Positions 8,787 through 17,402 of a DNA stretch of 42,489 nt are shown here, in pieces. Source of the stretch: Actinomycetes bacterium (GTDB lineage Bacteria; Actinomycetota; UBA4738; HRBIN12); contig JANMPG010000089.1 of the NCBI GenBank assembly GCA_031369745.1, positions 1 to 42,489 on the forward strand. The letters run 5' to 3'. The number at the start of each line of letters is the position of its first letter. Within the stretch, counting starts at the first letter, position 1. The notes under the pieces are model-generated. The model worked only from the letters and a program-made list of their open reading frames with translations. It searched no databases and was not told the origin of the DNA. Both the position numbers and the translations under genes were made by a program.

Positions 8787-9377
8787 CTAGATGAACAGCG
8801 TGATCGCGTCTTGCGCCCGTGCGAGCGCGGTCGCCGCACCCGACGGCTCAGCCAGCCCATCGATCAGGTCGCCGACCTCGAGCCCAAGCAGATCCATCGT
8901 CATCTGGCACGGGATCAACGTCACCCCGAGATCCCGGGCCACTTCCAGAAGCTCCTGCGGAGACGCGACGTTGTGCTCTTCGGCGAGCTTCTTCATCATC
9001 GCGGGACCCGCGCCGGCGAAGTTCATCTTGGACAGACCGAGATGCTCTGTGCCACCACGGTTCATCATCGACATCATCTTTTGCATCCAGTTCTCGCCGG
9101 TGATACGCACGTCGTTCTTCACCAGCGGGAACAAACCCCAGAAGGTGAAGAAGACCGTGGTCTGCATGCCCATCGCCGCTGCGGTCGTCGCGAGGATGAA
9201 CGTCGGCCACATACGATCGAGGTCGCCGCTCCACGCGAAGATCACCAGGTTGCGATGCTTCGCGCTCGCCCGTTCGTGCGCGTCCATCTGCGCCCGAAGC
9301 GCGGTGAACATCTCGTCGTAGGCGGTCTGGTTCGGCTCTGCGGGCTTTGCCACCGTGTCGGTCGTCATCGAACTCAC
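8787..9377 (-). CDS. DsrE/DsrF/DrsH-like (DrsE_2) family sulfur-carrier protein
   Basis: 196 aa with the characteristic FFTFWG...LIPCQMTMDLLG conserved Cys. GTG 9377 overlaps the upstream TusA stop (GTGA). The alternative start is ATG 9368. Confidence 0.75.
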   Translation of the reverse strand: MSSMTTDTVAKPAEPNQTAYDEMFTALRAQMDAHERASAKHRNLVIFAWSGDLDRMWPTFILATTAAAMGMQTTVFFTFWGLFPLVKNDVRITGENWMQKMMSMMNRGGTEHLGLSKMNFAGAGPAMMKKLAEEHNVASPQELLEVARDLGVTLIPCQMTMDLLGLEVGDLIDGLAEPSGAATALARAQDAITLFI

Positions 9378-9607
9378 GCCTTCCGGATCACGAATCGGTA
9401 GATCCCGTCTGCGGCCGTGTGCTCCACCAACGTGTTGCCGGTGGTTTCACACCACGCCGTGAAGTCGGGAATGGAGCCCTGGTCGGTGGCCAGCGCCTCG
9501 ACCAGCTCGCCCGGCTGGACGGTCCGCATCGCCTGCGCCGTCTTGGCGATCGGCAGCGGACACGACAGACCTTTCAGATCCAATGTCAACGCAACGGTCT
9601 GGCTCAT
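9374..9607 (-). CDS. TusA/SirA-family sulfurtransferase
   Basis: This is the last 77 aa of track ORF 9374..10849 (MSQTVALTLDLKGLSCPLPIAK...) and carries a CPxP motif. ATG 9607 overlaps the SQR stop (ATGA). Confidence 0.85.
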   Translation of the reverse strand: MSQTVALTLDLKGLSCPLPIAKTAQAMRTVQPGELVEALATDQGSIPDFTAWCETTGNTLVEHTAADGIYRFVIRKA

Positions 9608-10788
9608 CGTGCGGCCTCCTTCGGCATCGTGCCGGGCGCGTGCTCGGGAAGCCGGCCCTGCGGCACGGTCTCCCAGTACGCCCGGTTGAAGATCCATTTC
9701 GCCATGTGCCATCCACGATTGGGTTGTGGCGGCACGGGTGGGTGCTCGTAGTCGAATCGCAGCGCGGTCGCCTTGCCGTTGCCCGTCTCGAGAAAGCACA
9801 TCACGCGCCCGCCATAGCTTCGCGTCGCAGCGGTTCCGTGGATCTGTGATGCGATCCGCGAGGCGATCACCGGCGCCTCGAAGTGCGCGGTGGAACCGGA
9901 CTTCGAGATCGGCAGATCCGTCGCATCGCCCAGCGCGAAGATCCGCTCGGTGTCCCCGACCTCCAGCGTGAACCGGTCGGTCGGCAACCAGCCTCCGGCG
10001 TCGCCGAGATCGGAGTCGATAACGACCTGTTGCCCTTTGTGCGGCGGGACCAGCACGAGCAGGTCGAAGTCGCGCGTCTCGCCTTCCAGCGACGTCACGG
10101 TGTGCGCGATCGGGTCGACCTCCTCCACGTTGAAGAACGTGGCCAACTCGATACCGCGCTCGTCCATGATCGGTTTGATCAACGTCGACGCGCTTTCGAT
10201 CGTGAAGGCCCGATTGAGGGGCGACAGCAGCGTGACCTCGCTTCGATCTCGGATACCCTTGTGGCGCAGGTACTCCTCGACCATCATCGTGAACTCCACC
10301 GGCGCGGGTGGGCACTTGTATGGGATGCCGGCTACGCCGACGAGCAGGCGACCGCCGGTGAAACGGCGCAGTTCCTCGCGCAAACGCTCCGCATCGCGCA
10401 AGGAGTAGAAACCGAACGACCCGTCCGAAAGCCCCGGGATCGCCTCGTGAACCAGCCGGGCTCCCGTCGCGATCACCAGATAGTCGAACGGCAGGTTCGC
10501 GCCGCTGCGAAGCTGCACCGTCTGCGCGTCCGGATGGATCCGGATCGCCTCCTCGATCGCGAGGTCGACGCCGGAACGAAGCAACGTGCGCTCGTCGCGA
10601 GACAGCCAGTGACCGCTTGCCTCGCCCAGCGCGACGTACAGGTAGCCGGGCTGGTAGTCGTGCATGCCCGTCGGATCGACGACGGTGACCTGCACATCTG
10701 CCCCGAGATCCTTGTCGAGCAGGTTGGCGACCAGGGTGCCACCCACCCCGCCACCGAGCACGACGACGCGCGCGGGCATCGTGGTCAC
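9604..10788 (-). CDS. sqr: Sulfide:quinone oxidoreductase-like FAD-dependent pyridine nucleotide-disulfide oxidoreductase
   Basis: N-terminal Rossmann VVVLGGGVGG. It has an SQR-type IPYKCPPAPVEF cysteine and a second cysteine in GRVMCFLETG, at the positions of the redox Cys pair of SQRs. The start is GTG 10788 (GTGA overlap with the upstream TusA stop) or ATG 10779. Confidence 0.75.
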   Translation of the reverse strand: MTTMPARVVVLGGGVGGTLVANLLDKDLGADVQVTVVDPTGMHDYQPGYLYVALGEASGHWLSRDERTLLRSGVDLAIEEAIRIHPDAQTVQLRSGANLPFDYLVIATGARLVHEAIPGLSDGSFGFYSLRDAERLREELRRFTGGRLLVGVAGIPYKCPPAPVEFTMMVEEYLRHKGIRDRSEVTLLSPLNRAFTIESASTLIKPIMDERGIELATFFNVEEVDPIAHTVTSLEGETRDFDLLVLVPPHKGQQVVIDSDLGDAGGWLPTDRFTLEVGDTERIFALGDATDLPISKSGSTAHFEAPVIASRIASQIHGTAATRSYGGRVMCFLETGNGKATALRFDYEHPPVPPQPNRGWHMAKWIFNRAYWETVPQGRLPEHAPGTMPKEAAR

Positions 10789-11024
10789 CGAACCTTTCGG
10801 ATCGTGAAACGCGCAAACCCCTCGTCGTCAACGACACCGACCAGCTCATGGCCGGCCTTGGCGACCCACGCGGGGATGTCGGTCTTGGAGCCCTCGTCGC
10901 TGGAAAGCACTTCGATCGTGTCGCCGACCTGGCTTTCGCGGATCGATCCGATCAAGCTCATCAGGGGCCCAGGGCAGGGCATGCCGCATGCGTCGATCGA
11001 GCGGGTGATGTCGGTCATGGTCAT
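10785..11024 (-). CDS. TusA/SirA-family sulfurtransferase
   Basis: 79 aa (MTMTDITRSIDACGMPCPGPLMSL...) with a CPxP motif. SD AAGGAGGA lies 7 nt upstream of ATG 11024 and overlaps the DsrE stop codon. Confidence 0.85.
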   Translation of the reverse strand: MTMTDITRSIDACGMPCPGPLMSLIGSIRESQVGDTIEVLSSDEGSKTDIPAWVAKAGHELVGVVDDEGFARFTIRKVR

Positions 11025-11037
11025 CGTGGGTTCCTCC

Positions 11038-11445
11038 TTAGATGAAGGTCACTGGGCCGTCGGCTGCCGCGAAGAACGAGGCCACACCCCACACACCCTC
11101 GACCAGTGGATCCAGGTCCTCGGCGGTGATGCGCAGCATTTCCATCGAGTCCGCACACGCGTGGATGTGCACCTCGCCAACGTCGGCTGCCTGGCGCAAG
11201 AGCTCGCTCCAATGCGTGGTGTGTTGCGCCGTCATCGCCGCCTGCCCCTCGGGGCCCGCTTCCGCAGCGACGCCGTGGTCCTTGATGATGCGGTCCGCGC
11301 GGAAGGCATCGAGCGCCCAGTACTGCAGGAAGACCTGGACCGGTCGGCCCATCACGGCGGCCCCGACCGCCAACGTGGCGGCCGCGTGCAGCTTGTCGTC
11401 GGTGCCTGAGAACAGGACGACCGAGAAGGTCTCGCCGTCACTCAT
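11038..11445 (-). CDS. DsrE-family protein (small sulfur-relay / persulfide-carrier fold)
   Basis: 135 aa. FSVVLFSGTDDKLHAA... has Rossmann-like DsrE topology, with a single Cys in VHIHACADSMEM. A GGAGG lies 5 nt upstream of ATG 11445. Confidence 0.7.
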   Translation of the reverse strand: MSDGETFSVVLFSGTDDKLHAAATLAVGAAVMGRPVQVFLQYWALDAFRADRIIKDHGVAAEAGPEGQAAMTAQHTTHWSELLRQAADVGEVHIHACADSMEMLRITAEDLDPLVEGVWGVASFFAAADGPVTFI

Positions 11446-11606
11446 CGTCGCCTCCGATCAACTGGCCTCGTCTACTACGTTCAGCATCGAGGATGACCAC
11501 CTTCCCGGCGGGGGCCCATCGACCCTGCCCGAACGGGCCTTTGGGGGGAATGTCCAGCGTCGATCCCGAGTTCGGCCCCGCTGCGCGCGAGTGTTAGCGT
11601 GCCCGC

Positions 11607-13175
11607 GTGATCGATCTGTTGCTCACCGGCGGTACCATCGTCGACGGGACCGGCCAGCCAGCCTTTGGGGGTTGGATCGCCGTCCGTTCGGATCGGATCG
11701 ACGGCATCGGGCGACCGGAAGAGCCGGCTCCCGAGGCGCTTCGTACGATCGATGCCACCGGGTTCGTGGTCGCGCCGGGGTTCATCGACGTGCACAACCA
11801 CTCGGATCTATCGCCATTGCTGTTGCCGCACATGCCGAGCACCCTGCGCATGGGCGTCACGTCGGTCGTGGTGGGCAACTGCGGTTCCTCTCCGTGGCCG
11901 CTCGCCGCTTGGGATGAAGCGGTCGGGCTCGCATACGGCTCCCCCGGGGAACTTGCGAGACCGACGTGGGCCGGTTGGCGAGACTACGTGGACGCGATCG
12001 ACCAAGCGAGGCCCGCAGTCAACATCGCGACCCTGGTCGGTCACGGCTCGGTCCGCCAGGAGGTGCTCGGGCTGGAGCGACGACCGCCCACTGCCGCCGA
12101 GTTGGATCGGATGCGCGGGATCGTGCGCGATGCGATCGCCGACGGCGCCGTCGGCCTGTCGACCGGACTGATCTACGTGCCCGGCATGTTCAGCGCGACC
12201 GACGAACTGGTCGCGGTCGCTTGCGCCGCGGCGGACGCCGGTGGCCTGTATGCCTCACACGTGCGGGGTGAGGGACGCGATCTGTTCGACGCGGTCGGCG
12301 AGGCGATCGAGATCGGCGAGCGCGCCTCGCTGCCGGTGCACGTGAGCCACCTCAAGTGCGAGTCCTCGCGCGCGTGGGGCCGGGCGGACGAGCTGCTGTC
12401 GGTGATCCACGGCGCCTCGGACGCGACGGCGGACCAGTACCCCTACGAAGCGTGGAACTCATCCCTCGCATCGCTCTTGCCGCCCTGGGCACCGCTCGGC
12501 GAGCTTGCAGCGATCGCCGCATCCGACCACACCCGGCTGCGAGCAGCCGTCGAACAAGGCGAACCCGGCTTCCAATCGTCCGTGGATGGCGTGGGATGGG
12601 ACCACGTCGTCCTCGTCGCGGCCTCGCGCGAGCAGTGGCGTGGCCGAGACGTGGCGGCGGTCGCCGACGATCTCGGTGTTGCGCCCTTCGATGCGTTCGT
12701 GCGGTTGCTCGAGGCCGACCCCGAGACCAGCTGTATCGGCCACGCCATGCAGGAAGCCGACGTGCGCACGATCCTCCGCGACCCGGAGGTGTTCGTCGCC
12801 TCGGACGCCTCCGCCACGGCGCCGACGGGACCGGGTGGCGACCTTCCGGTGCACCCGCGCGACTACGGCACGTTTCCCCGTGCGCTCGCGATCGCACGCG
12901 ATGAAGGACTCCTGCCGCTCGAGTCGATGATCCGCAAGATGACATCGTTGCCGGCCGAGCGGTTCGGCCTGCGGGACCGAGGGCGTCTCACCGCCGGGGG
13001 GTTCGCCGACATCGTCGTCTTCGATCCGTCGACCGTGCGCGATGAGGCGACCTACGAAGCCCCCCACGCCTTCTCGACCGGCTTTCACACGATCGTCGTG
13101 AACGGGTCCGTGGCGTGGCAGCCGGGCATCAGCGAGATCGGCCGCTTCGGCAACGCGTTGCGCAGCGGTTCGTAG
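11607..13175 (+). CDS. N-acyl-D-amino-acid deacylase (D-aminoacylase) family amidohydrolase
   Basis: GTG start. The N-terminal LLLTGGTIVDGTG...GFIDVHNHSD metal-binding HxH and the overall length of 522 aa are typical of D-aminoacylases. Confidence 0.85.
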   Translation: MIDLLLTGGTIVDGTGQPAFGGWIAVRSDRIDGIGRPEEPAPEALRTIDATGFVVAPGFIDVHNHSDLSPLLLPHMPSTLRMGVTSVVVGNCGSSPWPLAAWDEAVGLAYGSPGELARPTWAGWRDYVDAIDQARPAVNIATLVGHGSVRQEVLGLERRPPTAAELDRMRGIVRDAIADGAVGLSTGLIYVPGMFSATDELVAVACAAADAGGLYASHVRGEGRDLFDAVGEAIEIGERASLPVHVSHLKCESSRAWGRADELLSVIHGASDATADQYPYEAWNSSLASLLPPWAPLGELAAIAASDHTRLRAAVEQGEPGFQSSVDGVGWDHVVLVAASREQWRGRDVAAVADDLGVAPFDAFVRLLEADPETSCIGHAMQEADVRTILRDPEVFVASDASATAPTGPGGDLPVHPRDYGTFPRALAIARDEGLLPLESMIRKMTSLPAERFGLRDRGRLTAGGFADIVVFDPSTVRDEATYEAPHAFSTGFHTIVVNGSVAWQPGISEIGRFGNALRSGS

Positions 13176-13181
13176 GAGAAG

Positions 13182-13255
13182 AGCCGGCGGTCGGATTCGA
13201 ACCGACGACCTACCGATTACAAGTCGGTTGCGCTACCGGACTGCGCCACGCCGGC
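13182..13255 (-). tRNA. tRNA-Thr (anticodon TGT)
   Basis: Hand-folded cloverleaf: acceptor GCCGGCG/CGCCGGC, D arm GCGC-AGTCCGGTA-GCGC, anticodon arm ACCGA-CTTGTAA-TCGGT, T arm GTCGG-TTCGAAT-CCGAC, discriminator T. No CCA is encoded. 74 nt. Confidence 0.95.
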
Positions 13256-13267
13256 GGATGCCCGAGT

Positions 13268-13696
13268 CTACCCTCGGCGAAAAGACGGGCCGGATGAAGC
13301 CAGCGCGTAGATCACGAACCCGTTCAGCGCCATCGTGACAAGGCCGTTGGCCGGCGTCGTGCGTGCGGTCATGAGTCCCAACACCAAGCCCACGCATCCG
13401 AGCGCGATGCCGAAGGGTCGCCCGAGCGGATGCAAGATCGCGACCAGCGAACAGGCGACCAGTTCGAGCAGACCCAGAACGCTCAGCGCGATCGCGGCAG
13501 CGTTGCTGACATCGAACAACACGACCGTCAGCAGCGGAAGCACCCCCGAGACGCCCAGAACGACCGCGGCGACCACGAGCGTCGGCGTCCGTCGGCGAAC
13601 GCGCGAGGACGCGACCGGGATGGTCAAGTCGTAGTCCTCATACCTCGAACGCCCGGTCGGCTCGGGCTCGGTTGGGAGACCAGGGTCCTCACTCAC
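13268..13696 (-). CDS. Hypothetical polytopic membrane protein
   Basis: 142 aa with about 4 hydrophobic helices after an acidic/Pro N-terminus. GTG 13696 overlaps the rlmB stop (GTGA), which suggests co-translation. No family recognised. Confidence 0.55.
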   Translation of the reverse strand: MSEDPGLPTEPEPTGRSRYEDYDLTIPVASSRVRRRTPTLVVAAVVLGVSGVLPLLTVVLFDVSNAAAIALSVLGLLELVACSLVAILHPLGRPFGIALGCVGLVLGLMTARTTPANGLVTMALNGFVIYALASSGPSFRRG

Positions 13697-14442
13697 GCGC
13701 GCACCTCCCTTCGAGTCGGCAAGACGTAGGCGTACAAGACCGCGGCCAACGACGCCGCCGCGTTCAGCGACGCCACCTTCCCACGCATCGGCAGCGACAC
13801 AAGCAGGTCGCAGTGATCTCGGACGAGCCGAGACAGACCGGCTCCTTCACCGCCGAGCACCAGGGCGACCCGACCGTCGGGACACGAAGCGTCATAGATC
13901 GAATGCTCCGCACCCTCGTCCAGACCCACGACGGTGAACCCGACGTCTTGCAGACGCTCGATCGCCCGGGACAGATTCGCGACTCGCGCATGGGGCAGAT
14001 GCATCAGAGCCCCGGCGGATGCGCGGATCGCACTCGGTGTCACTGGCGCCGCCCGGTGCGTGCGCGTGATCAACATCGCGCCACCGCTGCCCTCCACAGA
14101 CCGGGCGGCGGCACCGAGATTCTGTGGATCCTCGACGCCATCGAGGATGACGACGACGGCGTCCTCGGTCCAAGCATGCGTCGACAGGTCGCGCTCCGTC
14201 AGCGTGGCGTTGGCTGAGGCCGCCTCGATCCGGGCGACCACGCCGCGGTGATCGGCGGCGAGCCGGTCGAGTTCGCTTCGATCGACTTCCCGAGTGCGAA
14301 CGTCACCCTCGCGCGCCGCCTCCAGCACGTCGCGTAACGCGGGGCTTTGACGTGCATCGCGCGCGATCAACACCTCACTGGCCTCGCCCGACCGCACGGC
14401 CTCGAGTACGGCACGCTTGCCCGCGACCACCGCCGCGCTCAT
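13693..14442 (-). CDS. rlmB: TrmH/SpoU-family 23S rRNA 2'-O-ribose methyltransferase (RlmB-like)
   Basis: Track ORF 13693..14847 trimmed to ATG 14442 (MSAAVVAGKRAVLEAV...). SpoU motifs are LDGVEDPQNLGAAARS, LVLGGEGAGLS and LPMRGKVASLNAA. The ATG overlaps the ispF stop (ATGA). Confidence 0.85.
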   Translation of the reverse strand: MSAAVVAGKRAVLEAVRSGEASEVLIARDARQSPALRDVLEAAREGDVRTREVDRSELDRLAADHRGVVARIEAASANATLTERDLSTHAWTEDAVVVILDGVEDPQNLGAAARSVEGSGGAMLITRTHRAAPVTPSAIRASAGALMHLPHARVANLSRAIERLQDVGFTVVGLDEGAEHSIYDASCPDGRVALVLGGEGAGLSRLVRDHCDLLVSLPMRGKVASLNAAASLAAVLYAYVLPTRREVRA

Positions 14443-14918
14443 ACGATCATCGCGATCGCGAGACACCCGACCCCGTCGCCCGCGAGTCCGAGCCCCTCGG
14501 GGCGCGTCGCCTTCACGGACGCGCGGTCGATCGGAACGCCGAGGCAAGCCGCGAGTTCTCCCCGCATCTCCTCGCGCCGCGGGCCGATCATGGGGCGATC
14601 GCAGATCACGGTCACGTCGCACGACGACGGCGTCGCTCCGACCTCGCGGAGCAGCGTCACCACCTGACGCAACAACTCCCGACCCTCGATGCCGGCCACG
14701 GCCGGATCGGACTCCGGGAAATGCTGCCCAAGGTCCCCCAGCGCGGCCGCACCGAGGAGCGCATCGGCCACCGCGTGACACACGACGTCGCCGTCGGAGT
14801 GACCAAGCAGGCCGTCCTCCCCTTCGAACAACACGCCCGCCAGCCACAGTGCCCGGCTCTCGGCGAACCGATGGACGTCGAACCCAAGGCCGCTGCGCGG
14901 CACTCGAGGCTCAGGCAT
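14439..14918 (-). CDS. ispF: 2-C-methyl-D-erythritol 2,4-cyclodiphosphate synthase
   Basis: GLGFDVHRF..., GHSDGDVVCHA and the DVTVICDRP pattern. ATG 14918 overlaps the end of ispD by 8 nt. Confidence 0.93.
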   Translation of the reverse strand: MPEPRVPRSGLGFDVHRFAESRALWLAGVLFEGEDGLLGHSDGDVVCHAVADALLGAAALGDLGQHFPESDPAVAGIEGRELLRQVVTLLREVGATPSSCDVTVICDRPMIGPRREEMRGELAACLGVPIDRASVKATRPEGLGLAGDGVGCLAIAMIV

Positions 14919-15600
14919 CCGATCCACCGATGCGCGCCTCCGCGCGCGCAAGATCGAGCATCGTGGTGATCTTGAAGTTGCGAGGATCACCCGGGATCGC
15001 GACCACCGTGCCGACCTGCTCGAGCAACATGGCATCGTCGGTGACGTCGTAGCCGGCGCGGGTAGCCTCCGCATGCGCCGTTCGCAGTGCCTCCACGCGG
15101 AACGCCTGGGGCGTCTGCGCCAGCCCGAGATCGTCGCGCGCCACGGTGTCGACCACCCGGATGCCGTCCAATCGCTTCACGGTGTCCGTCATCGCGATCA
15201 CGGGGATGGCGCCATCGATGCCGGCGGCCACGGCACGTACGACCTCGGTGAACAGGTCGGGTGGGGCGAAGGGGCGCGCCGCGTCGTGGACCGCCACGAT
15301 CAACGGGCCATCAAGCACGGCGAGCGCGGCCCGCACCGACGCCTGACGGGTGGCCCCGCCGTCGACGACGGTGGTCGGCACCGGCAAACCCTCCAGGCAC
15401 GCTCGCGCCTCGTCCTCGTAGCCGATCGGCGCAGCCACCACGATCGCGGCGATCGCCGGTGACGCCGCGGCCGCGGCAGCCGCAACGGCGAGCATGGGTC
15501 GATCACCGATCGGAAGGAACGCCTTGGGTCGCTCGGCTCCGAGTCGGGTGCCGGCTCCGGCGGCGAGGATGATGGCTGCGGCCTGGGTATCGGGATCCAT
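14911..15600 (-). CDS. ispD: 2-C-methyl-D-erythritol 4-phosphate cytidylyltransferase
   Basis: AIILAAGAGTRLG..RPKAFL N-terminal signature. 229 aa, immediately upstream of ispF. Confidence 0.93.
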   Translation of the reverse strand: MDPDTQAAAIILAAGAGTRLGAERPKAFLPIGDRPMLAVAAAAAAASPAIAAIVVAAPIGYEDEARACLEGLPVPTTVVDGGATRQASVRAALAVLDGPLIVAVHDAARPFAPPDLFTEVVRAVAAGIDGAIPVIAMTDTVKRLDGIRVVDTVARDDLGLAQTPQAFRVEALRTAHAEATRAGYDVTDDAMLLEQVGTVVAIPGDPRNFKITTMLDLARAEARIGGSDA

Positions 15601-15647
15601 CCGCGCAGCATGTCAGACCTCGGCGATCGCCGGAAGCGCCGCCCTCC

Positions 15648-16757
15648 CTACGAGGGGGACGCCTCCGACGCGGCCGCGGACTCTTCGCTTCGATCCCCTT
15701 GCGGACCCAGGGTCGCGAAGATCATGCGCCCGGTGGTCGTCTGGATCACGTTACGCACGCGAACCACCGCATTGGAGCCGATCGCGCTGGTGGCATTTTC
15801 GACCACGACCATCGTGCCATCGTCGAGGTAGCCAACCGCCTGGCCGTGATCACGCCCCTCGCGGACCAGCCGGACCTGCGTTTCGTCTCCGGCGCTCACC
15901 GGCGTGCGGAACCGCGACGCCAAGGCGTTGACCTGCGCGACGGGCACGCGCAGCGCTTCGGCCACGAGCGCGAGGTTGTGGTCGACGGTGATCAGCGAGG
16001 CGCCGCTTTCGCGCGCCAATCGCACGAGCGCGGCATCGACATCAACGACCGCATCCTCTTCGAACAGCTGGATCTGCACCAACGGCGACTTCTGCAGCTC
16101 AACGAGCACGTCGAGACCTCGACGGCCTCGGTTGCGTCGCTGCGGGTCGGACGAATCTGCGATGGCCTGCAGCTCCCGCAACACGCCCTCGTGCAGCAGC
16201 AGCGTCCCCGAGATGAACCCGGTGGAAACGAGATCCGCGACACGACCGTCGATCAAAGCACTCGTGTCGAGCACATGCAGGTCACCGACGCCGCGCGCGC
16301 TCACCCGCGGCTTCATGCCGACCAGGGCGAAGATGTCCTCATGCTTGGCCTGCCCGAGCCTGATCCCGAGAGAGCCGAGCACGATGAACAGGAACACGCT
16401 CGCCGGCCAGCCATAGGTGAGCGGTAGGAAGAACACCGGGATCGACATCAACGTGGCGACCAGCAGGCCGACGACGAGCCCGACGACACCACCGGCGATC
16501 TGCGCCGCCGGCCGGCGGCGTAGCTCCCGTTCCATGCCGGACACGGCCTCGAGCGTCAGCCGCCCGAGGACGCCACCCATGACATACCCGCACGCGGCGC
16601 CCAGGAACACGTACAGGAGCGCCTGCCGCTCGCTGATATCGGCCCGCGACGCCCCGATCTGAGAGCCAACGGCCCCGAACAGGGCCATGAAGATGAGGCG
16701 GACGCCCTCGACCAAGCGCCCACGGAGCCGTACGGTGCGGCCGTCATCCTCGCTCAT
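15648..16757 (-). CDS. PIN/TRAM domain membrane protein (YacL-like)
   Basis: N-terminal TM helices, a PIN segment (VLDTSALIDGRVADLV...) and a C-terminal TRAM-like beta domain (GQAVGYLDDGTMVVVENA...). It sits between carD and ispD, as yacL sits upstream of ispDF in Bacillus. Confidence 0.85.
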   Translation of the reverse strand: MSEDDGRTVRLRGRLVEGVRLIFMALFGAVGSQIGASRADISERQALLYVFLGAACGYVMGGVLGRLTLEAVSGMERELRRRPAAQIAGGVVGLVVGLLVATLMSIPVFFLPLTYGWPASVFLFIVLGSLGIRLGQAKHEDIFALVGMKPRVSARGVGDLHVLDTSALIDGRVADLVSTGFISGTLLLHEGVLRELQAIADSSDPQRRNRGRRGLDVLVELQKSPLVQIQLFEEDAVVDVDAALVRLARESGASLITVDHNLALVAEALRVPVAQVNALASRFRTPVSAGDETQVRLVREGRDHGQAVGYLDDGTMVVVENATSAIGSNAVVRVRNVIQTTTGRMIFATLGPQGDRSEESAAASEASPS

Positions 16758-16850
16758 GTACCCATCCCAACGGAAATGGGGGGCCGATGCCCCTTTCGGA
16801 CAGCATCGGACGCCAGGGAGGGCACCTAAATGTGAGCTTTCTCGGGGCGG

Positions 16851-17363
16851 TTAGCCCCCGGCAGCTACCTTTGCACCATGGGCGTCGTCGAGGACCCCGT
16901 CGATCACGGCTTCCGCTTCGTCCTCTGACTTACCTGTGGCGAACGCGAGCTCTGAGATCAAAATCTGACGAGCCTTCGTGATCATGCGCTTCTCGCCCGC
17001 GGACAGCCCCTTCTCGCGATCGCGGATCGCCAGGTTCCGCAGCACCTCCGCAACCTCGTACGGGTCGCCCGAGTGCAGCTTCTCGAGGTTGTTCTTGAAC
17101 CGGCGGCTCCAGTTGGCAGCCACGGAACTCTCGTCCTCGGTCAAGACCTTCAGGATCTTCTTCGCCTCGTTCTTGCTCACGCAAGGACGGAGGCCCACTT
17201 GATCGGTGGAGTCCGTCGGAACGAGTACGGTCAGATCGCCGTAGACGACACGAAGGACGAGATACTTCCGCTTCTCGCCCAGGAACTCTTTCTCGCGAAC
17301 CTCTTGGATCACCGCGGCGCCGTGCTCGGGATGCACGACTGTGTCGCCTTTCCTGAACGCCAC
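16851..17363 (-). CDS. carD: CarD-family RNA-polymerase-binding transcription regulator
   Basis: MAFRKGDTVVHPEHGAAVIQEV...KRKYLVL... is a TRCF-RID-like N domain, and the C-terminal domain contains the conserved Trp (ANWSRRFK). The start is GTG with GGGAGG upstream. Confidence 0.93.
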   Translation of the reverse strand: MAFRKGDTVVHPEHGAAVIQEVREKEFLGEKRKYLVLRVVYGDLTVLVPTDSTDQVGLRPCVSKNEAKKILKVLTEDESSVAANWSRRFKNNLEKLHSGDPYEVAEVLRNLAIRDREKGLSAGEKRMITKARQILISELAFATGKSEDEAEAVIDGVLDDAHGAKVAAGG

Positions 17364-17388
17364 GAAGCCTCCCAGCGGAGAAGTTGAA

Positions 17389-17402
17389 CTGCGCAGCTGC
17401 GC
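17389..17402. promoter_or_regulatory. 14-bp perfect palindrome TGCGCAGCTGCGCA in the carD leader
   Basis: Read directly. It lies 26-39 nt upstream of the carD GTG (17363). The function is unknown. Confidence 0.25.

Noticed and set aside
9374-10849. 491-aa ORF spanning the SQR region in another frame
   Set aside because: Only its last 77 codons (the TusA protein from ATG 9607) look like protein. The remainder is an out-of-frame shadow of the SQR gene.
11446-11606. Operator or promoter motifs for the sulfur operon in the DsrE / D-aminoacylase divergent region
   Set aside because: Only 4-5 bp inverted repeats with long spacers were found. Nothing stands out from background in G+C-rich DNA.
13176-13267. 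tRNA-Thr genes (here and at 38188-38259) as integration sites for genomic islands
   Set aside because: I saw no duplicated tRNA 3'-end (att) fragment and no integrase nearby. The flanking genes are core genes on both sides.
16778-16795. Small hairpin (GGGGC-cgat-GCCCC) between the carD stop and the PIN/TRAM start as a carD terminator
   Set aside because: The stem is only 5-6 bp. The T-run lies on the wrong (plus) strand for these minus-strand genes. This is too weak to call.
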